Shown piece after piece: positions 58,124-64,000 of a stretch of DNA of 64,000 nucleotides. This DNA is from a virus. Its lineage: Duplodnaviria; Caudoviricetes. Made by a program: the position numbers and the translations under genes. The stretch's first letter is position 1; each line of letters opens with the position of its first letter. The notes beneath the pieces were generated by a model. It did no database searches and was not told the origin of the DNA. It saw nothing but the letters and a program-made list of their open reading frames with translations. The stretch lies in IMG/VR virus record IMGVR_UViG_3300033067_000181, positions 8,917-72,916 of that record; one strand, written 5' to 3'.

Positions 58124-59128
58124 ATGGCAATGACACTAGCAGAAATTCGTGCAAAACTACAAGCTCAAGAGAACCGCGGTGGCGGTCAACGACAACAAGG
58201 CGATAGCGCCGTTTACGCTCACTGGAACATTCCAGAAAACACTACAGCTCGCGTAAGATTCCTTCCTGATGCAAACACAAAAAATGACTTCTTCTGGGTT
58301 GAAAGACTCATGATCAAGTTGCCTTTTGCTGGCATCAAGGGTCAAAGCGATAGCAAACCTGTTGTGGTACAAGTACCATGCGTTGAAATGTATGGCGATG
58401 CTTGCCCTATCCTTGCAGAAGTTCGTACCTGGTTTAAGGACCCTAACTTGGAAGAAATGGGTCGCAAGTACTGGAAAAAGAAAAGCTACTTGTTCCAAGG
58501 TTTTGTTCGCGACAATCCTTTGAGCGATGACAAGAATCCGGAGAACCCAATCCGTCGTTTCATCATCAGCCCACAGATTTTCAACTTGGTACGCAATGCC
58601 TTGTTGGATCCTGAAATGGATAGTATGCCAACTGACTACCAAGCTGGTCTTGACTTCTCTGTTAAGAAAACTAGCAAAGGTGGTTATGCTGACTACAGCA
58701 CATCTAGCTGGAGCCGCAAAGAATCTGCACTTACAGCAGACGAAGCGGAAGCAATCGAGAAGCATGGTTTGTACAACCTAAGCGACTTCTTGCCTAAGAA
58801 GCCTGATGACACTGCACTGAAAGTTATCAAAGAGATGTTCGAAGCATCTGTTGATGGCCAACCTTACGATCCAGATCGTTGGGCCAACTACTTCAAGCCA
58901 GCTGGCTTGCAAGTTGGTTCTGGTAGCACTGGCGACGAAGCAGCAGCTAAACCTGTTGCACAGGCCCGCCCAGCAGTACCAGCTACTCCTGCCCCGGCAG
59001 CAGCAGAAACTCAACCATGGGAAGAAGATGCTCCAGCAGCAGACGAACCTGTTGCAGCACCAGCAGCTAAACCAAGCAGCCAACGTGCGGAAGACATCCT
59101 AGCGATGATTCGCAACCGTAAGCAGTAA
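58124..59128 (+). CDS. gp32: Single-stranded DNA-binding protein (gp32-like)
   Basis: VRFLPD, CPI...WFK...KYWKK and YADYSTSSW; acidic/Pro-Ala C-tail. Confidence 0.88.
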   Translation: MAMTLAEIRAKLQAQENRGGGQRQQGDSAVYAHWNIPENTTARVRFLPDANTKNDFFWVERLMIKLPFAGIKGQSDSKPVVVQVPCVEMYGDACPILAEVRTWFKDPNLEEMGRKYWKKKSYLFQGFVRDNPLSDDKNPENPIRRFIISPQIFNLVRNALLDPEMDSMPTDYQAGLDFSVKKTSKGGYADYSTSSWSRKESALTADEAEAIEKHGLYNLSDFLPKKPDDTALKVIKEMFEASVDGQPYDPDRWANYFKPAGLQVGSGSTGDEAAAKPVAQARPAVPATPAPAAAETQPWEEDAPAADEPVAAPAAKPSSQRAEDILAMIRNRKQ

Positions 59129-59219
59129 TCTGCACTAAGCCAAGTACGAAGATAGAAGCCGGCAGAAAGATAAACTGCGACGGGCCCCGTACTTGGCTTT
59201 CTATTTCAAGGAACAAAAT

Positions 59220-60308
59220 ATGGCAACAAAACCATTCGACGTAAGTAAATTTCGTAAAAGCATTACTAAAAGCATTGACGGGATCAGCATTGGATTCAAC
59301 GATCCTACGGACTGGATCTCGACCAACAACTTCGCTCTTAACTACCTTATTAGCGGGGATTTTAACCGTGGTATACCGATGGGAAAGGTTACAGTGTTTG
59401 CTGGAGAGTCAGGCGCTGGTAAGTCCTACATATGTTCGGGTAACCTGGTCAAGAATGCACAAGAACAGGGCATTTATCCTATTCTCATTGATACTGAGAA
59501 CGCACTCGACGAAGCGTGGCTCCACGCACTAGGTGTAGACACAAGTGATGACAAGCTACTAAAGCTAAACATGGCAATGATCGATGACGTTGCTAAAATG
59601 ATTAGCGAGTTTGTTAAAGAATACAAGACACTACCAGAGGATCAACGTCCTAAAGTATTGTTTGTGTTGGATAGCTTGGGTATGTTACTAACACCAACAG
59701 ACGTTAACCAATTTACAGCAGGTGACCTTAAAGGTGACTTGGGCCGCAAGCCTAAAGCACTTACAGCTCTTGTTCGTAACTGTGTAAACATGTTTGGTGA
59801 CCTAAACATTGGTCTAGTAGCAACTAACCACACATACGCATCGCAGGACATGTTTGACCCCGATGACAAGATCTCTGGTGGTCAAGGCTTTATCTACGCT
59901 AGCTCTATTGTTGTAGCTATGCGTAAGTTGAAGTTGAAGGAAGATGAAGACGGCAACAAGATTTCAGAAGTTAAAGGTATCCGTGCTGCATGTAAAATCA
60001 TGAAGACACGTTATGCTAAACCTTTTGAAAGTGTGCAAGTTAAGATTCCTTATGAGACAGGTATGAACCCTTACTCAGGTCTAACTGACTTGATTGAGGC
60101 AAAAGAAATGTTGAAGAAGGAAGGTAACAGTCTTGTTTACACTACAGTGGACGGCGAGATTATCAAGAAGTTCCGCAAAGCATGGGAACGCAATGATGAT
60201 GGCTGCTTGGACCACGTAATGCGAGACATTACTAACAACCCACACATCTTTGACAAGAAGTCGTCTGCTGAGGACGCTCCTGAAGAAGAATCTGTAGCCG
60301 CAGAGTAA
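59220..60308 (+). CDS. uvsX: RecA-like recombinase UvsX (start reassigned to MATKPFD)
   Basis: VFAGESGAGKS Walker A, LIDTENA, VLDSLG, TNHTY and SGGQGFIYASS. Confidence 0.93.
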   Translation: MATKPFDVSKFRKSITKSIDGISIGFNDPTDWISTNNFALNYLISGDFNRGIPMGKVTVFAGESGAGKSYICSGNLVKNAQEQGIYPILIDTENALDEAWLHALGVDTSDDKLLKLNMAMIDDVAKMISEFVKEYKTLPEDQRPKVLFVLDSLGMLLTPTDVNQFTAGDLKGDLGRKPKALTALVRNCVNMFGDLNIGLVATNHTYASQDMFDPDDKISGGQGFIYASSIVVAMRKLKLKEDEDGNKISEVKGIRAACKIMKTRYAKPFESVQVKIPYETGMNPYSGLTDLIEAKEMLKKEGNSLVYTTVDGEIIKKFRKAWERNDDGCLDHVMRDITNNPHIFDKKSSAEDAPEEESVAAE

Positions 60309-61246
60309 TGTTATTAAAGGACATCAAGAGCTTACACGTTGAGTTAAGCTCAAAATGTAATGCTTGGTGTCCTAGCTGTGCTCGGAACAAAAACGGTTAC
60401 GGTCTCAAAGATAACCTAGTACCGCAGAATTTAGATGTTGAAAAGTTAAAAGCAGCAGTAGATGCATTGCCTAACTTGCATGACATTCAGTTCTGCGGTC
60501 GCTACGGCGATCCTGCAATACATCCTGAACTAAATGAAATACTAGAGTGGGTTGCACCTAAGGTGCAGTACATTCAGATTCACACCAACGGTAGTTTACG
60601 TAACACTGAGTGGTGGACAGAGATGGGACAGAAGCTAGCCAATGTAAACCACAAGGTGTGGTTTGGTATTGACGGCCTAGCAGGTGTGCATGAGATCTAC
60701 CGCCAAGGCACAGACTTTAACAAAGTAATTGCAAATGCCACAGCGTTTATTAAAGCTGGTGGCCGTGCAGTATGGCAGTTCATTCCCTTTAAACATAACG
60801 AACACCAACTTAACGCTTGCATTAAGATGGCCAAGGAATTAGGGTTTGATGATTTTGAACTAATCGAGGGTGTACGTAACGTAGAAACAGCGTACAATTA
60901 TCAGACAGGCGAACAGTATATGTTGGAGCCCTGGAGTAAAGACAATACCTTTAACTTTAGAGTAACGCCTGATAGAAAACTAACAACAAAGAATTGTGCC
61001 CACCTCGAGGCTCCCGGACTATATATAACAGCAAGTGGAAAGTATACGTTATGCTGTCACTTTGATCCGTTTGATGATAGGTTTGATCCAATAGGGTTTG
61101 ACACTATACAAGAAACTGAACAACTAGACATTGCAAGCGAAATAAATACCCAACCAAGGCCGTTATGTGTATTTGCATGTGCCGGGCTAAAGATGGAACG
61201 AAAAATAGTTCAATTAACAAGGTTAAGGAAATCAAATGAGTATTGA
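60308..61246 (+). CDS. Radical SAM protein with C-terminal Cys cluster
   Basis: CNAWCPSC (CxxxCxxC), FCGRYGDP and HTNG. Confidence 0.88.
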   Translation: MLLKDIKSLHVELSSKCNAWCPSCARNKNGYGLKDNLVPQNLDVEKLKAAVDALPNLHDIQFCGRYGDPAIHPELNEILEWVAPKVQYIQIHTNGSLRNTEWWTEMGQKLANVNHKVWFGIDGLAGVHEIYRQGTDFNKVIANATAFIKAGGRAVWQFIPFKHNEHQLNACIKMAKELGFDDFELIEGVRNVETAYNYQTGEQYMLEPWSKDNTFNFRVTPDRKLTTKNCAHLEAPGLYITASGKYTLCCHFDPFDDRFDPIGFDTIQETEQLDIASEINTQPRPLCVFACAGLKMERKIVQLTRLRKSNEY

Positions 61247-61466
61247 AGTTGAAGTACTAAGTGAAGTGTACACTACTATGAAACAGTACATCTCACAAAA
61301 GGACAGGCAAGAAGTTGCCGACAACTTGATGAGTGTTATGGTCGACGTTTTAAACGATCTAGACCTTAAAGAATTTGCAAGCACAGATGCTGCATTAAGC
61401 AGAGCATACAAAGAGTACTCAAGCGAGTACGACGAAGACGAAGACTACACTGACTACGAAAACTAA
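61236..61466 (+). CDS. Small acidic hypothetical protein
   Basis: 76-aa ORF in operon, AAGGA SD. Confidence 0.65.
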   Translation: MSIEVEVLSEVYTTMKQYISQKDRQEVADNLMSVMVDVLNDLDLKEFASTDAALSRAYKEYSSEYDEDEDYTDYEN

Positions 61467-61468
61467 GC

Positions 61469-61924
61469 ATGTGGTATAACAAAATAGTGGCTAACCTAGG
61501 TGAGATTCCTGGGTTCATTGATTACTACGAAAGAGAGCTTCTAACTGCAAAGGGAGAAACAAACATTCGTGGTAACGTAGAACGGGCTGCTAGTAACCTT
61601 CCGGGTATTACTGAGCATCGTTTCAATCAACTACAAGAGATTGAGGCGGTACTTAACTACCTCAATATACAACTACGTAAGATTCGACGTAAACACTTTC
61701 AAAAGTATCTTGAAGCGTACCAAAGGGCACTAACTTCAAGGGATGCTGAAAAGTATGTAGATGGCGAAGATGAGGTAGTTGACTTTGAAACCATTATTAA
61801 CGAAGTAGCATTACTCCGTAACAAATGGCTAGGTGTTATGAAGGGCCTAGAATCTAAAAACTTCATGATGGGCCATGTTGTGCGATTAAGAACCGCAGGC
61901 ATGGAAGACATTGTCATCAATTAA
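61469..61924 (+). CDS. uvsY: Recombination mediator UvsY-like
   Basis: Helical; DAEKYVDGEDEVV...LLRNKWLGVMKGLESK; position near uvsX. Confidence 0.7.
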   Translation: MWYNKIVANLGEIPGFIDYYERELLTAKGETNIRGNVERAASNLPGITEHRFNQLQEIEAVLNYLNIQLRKIRRKHFQKYLEAYQRALTSRDAEKYVDGEDEVVDFETIINEVALLRNKWLGVMKGLESKNFMMGHVVRLRTAGMEDIVIN

Positions 61925-61926
61925 TA

Positions 61927-62175
61927 ATGGACATTAGAGCACACGCAATAGAGTTACTAAACGAATTTTATTTGTGTATGCGGGCCCGCCCAAAACACAA
62001 TGCAGTAGACTTTAGGCTGGAAAAAGACCAGTGTGAAAAGATAGCAGGCGAACTAAACAATCTAATAGCATGGGGCACAGACGACGAGATTGCAGAATCT
62101 TGCAAGGTGCTTGAGCCCAAACTTATTAGACTAAAAGAAAAACTCACATTTGAATTACTAAAATATGGCGTTTAA
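61927..62175 (+). CDS. Hypothetical protein
   Basis: 82-aa ORF in operon. Confidence 0.55.
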   Translation: MDIRAHAIELLNEFYLCMRARPKHNAVDFRLEKDQCEKIAGELNNLIAWGTDDEIAESCKVLEPKLIRLKEKLTFELLKYGV

Positions 62176-62914
62176 GAATCCTTCTGACAGTCATGCACAT
62201 AGTCAGAATGTTTTAAAACTTCTATATGAGTACGATAGTTTCCTTGACAGTATACGTGTGGTAGCAGACTTTGGGTGTGGCACAGGTCTAGATGCAAAAT
62301 GGTGGGCAACATTAACCACTCGAGAAGAACAGCCTGAACCCCGCAATTATCTAGTTTACGGAGTTGATCATAACATAGGACAAGTTGAGCCCGATGTTGC
62401 TGCACTTCCTAACGTGCATCTGTTTCAAAAAGATTTTGAAGATGACAATGTAATTCCACGTAAATGTGACTTACTATGGAGTCACGATAGTTTTCAATAT
62501 GCTGTGAATCCGATGCAAACGCTCAAGTACTGGAACCAGCAAATGAACGTTAACGGCATGCTGGTATTAAGCATTCCAGTAACCACATTTTACCAGTACA
62601 ACAAGATACAAGTTAACAGTTACAACGGTGGGTATCACAATTACGACATTGTGAATCTTATGTATATGCTTGGAGCAAATGGCTTTGATTGCAGAGATGC
62701 GTACTTCTACAAACCGCAACATGAGTCGTGGATTTATGCAGCAGTTTACAAAGCAAGCGAGCCCTTAGACCCAAAAACAACCAGTTGGCATACACTAGCC
62801 GAGATGAATGTTATTAGTGATCGTGCCAAAGAAAGCCTTAATGTACATAACTATGTAAGGCAAACAGATTTAGTTACATTGTGGCTAGATAAAGATTTTC
62901 ATAGAGTGTTGTAA
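62165..62914 (+). CDS. Class I SAM-dependent methyltransferase
   Basis: VADFGCGTGLD motif I; DLLWSHDSFQY. Confidence 0.8.
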   Translation: MAFKNPSDSHAHSQNVLKLLYEYDSFLDSIRVVADFGCGTGLDAKWWATLTTREEQPEPRNYLVYGVDHNIGQVEPDVAALPNVHLFQKDFEDDNVIPRKCDLLWSHDSFQYAVNPMQTLKYWNQQMNVNGMLVLSIPVTTFYQYNKIQVNSYNGGYHNYDIVNLMYMLGANGFDCRDAYFYKPQHESWIYAAVYKASEPLDPKTTSWHTLAEMNVISDRAKESLNVHNYVRQTDLVTLWLDKDFHRVL

Positions 62915-62955
62915 TTACGCCACAGTAAGAATTTATTCTTGTGTTATAGTAACGC

Positions 62956-63723
62956 ATGACAAAAATTCTGCTTTGGTTATCTATTTTGGTTATACCGGTT
63001 CTGCAAGGCTGCTCGGCAATAGCAGTGAAGTCAGAGGATTCGGGACATACTGCACATCTTAATCTAATGGTTAAAGAGCAGCAAAAATCTGGGACTGTGC
63101 TAGTATTAAACGGCTGCGATGGTCCCACTAAGCCGCACTATTACCATTGGGCCAAACAAATTTCGGACTTTGGGTATAACGTGATCATTGTTGATTCCTT
63201 TAGTTCACGTGGGTACACTAGTTTATGTGGCAAAACGCTAACTGGTGAATACGCATCATCTGCTGCTAAGGATGTAATTGCAGTAGGCAAGTGGGTTAAG
63301 CTACAACCATGGAGTAATGGTAAAGTTGCTATTGTTGGATTTTCCATAGGTGGCATTGAATCATTGCTGGCAGTAACATCAACTGCTCCGGATGCTACAC
63401 AAGTATTCTCAGGTGCTGTTGCATATTACCCTAACTGCAAGTTTGTTAAGCAAACAGCTAAAGTGCTGTCTCCTTTGCAAGTGCATATAGGTTTGTCAGA
63501 CGAGTGGGTCCCAGTTGATAAGTGCCAGGAATTGTCTACAGCAAAAAATTTCAATGCTGCTGAGTTTTATTTCTACAAAGATGCACACCATATGTTTGAT
63601 GGATACAGTAGCGGCACCGCACGTTGTTTCTACGGACCAAGCTGTAGATACGAACGAAATGATCAAGCTGCAACAGCAGCAAAGCAGCGAATGCAAAAAT
63701 TTCTTAAGGATCACTTGACCTAA
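62956..63723 (+). CDS. Dienelactone-hydrolase-family esterase with lipoprotein-type signal peptide
   Basis: GFSIGG, HIGLSDEW and AHHMFD; N-terminus MTKILLWLSILVIPVLQG|C. Confidence 0.75.
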   Translation: MTKILLWLSILVIPVLQGCSAIAVKSEDSGHTAHLNLMVKEQQKSGTVLVLNGCDGPTKPHYYHWAKQISDFGYNVIIVDSFSSRGYTSLCGKTLTGEYASSAAKDVIAVGKWVKLQPWSNGKVAIVGFSIGGIESLLAVTSTAPDATQVFSGAVAYYPNCKFVKQTAKVLSPLQVHIGLSDEWVPVDKCQELSTAKNFNAAEFYFYKDAHHMFDGYSSGTARCFYGPSCRYERNDQAATAAKQRMQKFLKDHLT

Positions 63724-63760
63724 TAGATTTTTATGCTACAATTTGTGTAAATAAGTATTC

Positions 63761-63837
63761 GCGCCTATAGCTCAGTTGGTTAGAGCAGTGGACTCATAAT
63801 CCATTGGCCCTTGGTTCAAGTCCAAGTGGGCGCACCA
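63761..63837 (+). tRNA. tRNA with CAT anticodon, most likely tRNA-Ile2 (lysidine-modified)
   Basis: GCGCCTA/TGGGCGC acceptor, CTCATAA loop, encoded CCA; paired position 1:72 and C4-G69/C5-G68 fit Ile2 rather than fMet. Confidence 0.88.
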
Positions 63838-63844
63838 AAACATG

Positions 63845-63920
63845 TCTGGCGTTCGTTCAACGGATAGGACATCATTCTTCTAAAGTGATTATAGGGGTTC
63901 GATTCCCTTACGCCGGACCA
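63845..63920 (+). tRNA. tRNA-Arg(TCT)
   Basis: TCTGGCG/CGCCGGA acceptor, CTTCTAA loop, GGTTCGATTCC, encoded CCA. Confidence 0.9.
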
Positions 63921-63930
63921 AATTTTTTTG

Positions 63931-63959
63931 TTGACACATAAATAAATTACTCTTACAAT
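63931..63959 (+). promoter_or_regulatory. Sigma70-like promoter with embedded TAAATA, driving downstream tRNA(s)
   Basis: TTGACA-N17-TACAAT. Confidence 0.8.
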
Positions 63960-63980
63960 AGAGACTGTTAAATACAATAT

Positions 63981-64000
63981 GCGACTGTGGCGTAATTGGT
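63981..64000 (+). tRNA. 5' fragment of a further tRNA (Leu-like), truncated by window edge
   Basis: GCGACTG-TGGCGTAATTGGT resembles the 5' end and D-arm of tRNA-Leu. Confidence 0.45.

Noticed and set aside
7536-59219. Upstream starts given in the ORF track (7536, 12028, 33837, 34805, 37532, 38378, 45453, 49257, 54449, 59193)
   Set aside because: They overlap promoters, hairpins or the previous gene; downstream ATGs have an SD, TAATG coupling or the promoter-proximal position
408-60308. Inteins, introns or stop-codon reassignment in core genes
   Set aside because: Portal, capsid, sheath, terminase and UvsX read through uninterrupted in code 11, with no splice motifs; no suppressor tRNA seen
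794-63718. Numerous 60-200 aa antisense or off-frame ORFs in the track (e.g. 2947-3420, 5600-5947, 13539-13916, 20018-20551, 58157-58765)
   Set aside because: They lie wholly within well-supported genes, lack SD or promoter signals, and are expected shadows of biased codon usage and Gly/Thr/Ala-rich repeats
1-64000. CRISPR array or mini-array
   Set aside because: All repeats found are in-frame coding repeats; no constant repeat with unique spacers

Overview
This window is a 64-kb segment of a large T4-like (contractile-tailed) bacteriophage genome in standard genetic code. It carries the head module (portal gp20, core, protease gp21, scaffold gp22, major capsid gp23), a ~18-kb tail fibre/adhesin region, and neck and tail genes (gp15/gp14 inverted, gp13, sheath gp18, tube gp19, gp4). 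It also has the terminase gp17, the gp32-uvsX-uvsY recombination cluster and the start of a tRNA cluster. Interleaved are accessory enzymes: fatty-acid desaturase, U32-like Fe-S protein, flavin halogenase, Nudix, Pth2, PP-loop ATPase, TRAP DctP, two alpha/beta hydrolases, radical SAM and a methyltransferase, plus three free-standing nucleases. The most striking unannotated patterns are: (i) about 27 intergenic TAAATA late-promoter boxes that split into SD-led structural genes and apparently leaderless genes (ATG 4-6 nt after the box); (ii) a shared (R/E)LAG(L/I) motif in the scaffold and three unknown proteins, and T4 capsid-targeting-like N-termini on three others; (iii) a U32 + halogenase pair directly behind a Gly-rich adhesin triplet; (iv) a GIY-YIG::HNH double nuclease; (v) an orphan degenerate tRNA-Gly; (vi) several structured intergenic RNAs. 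All family assignments come from recalled motifs; no database search was run.
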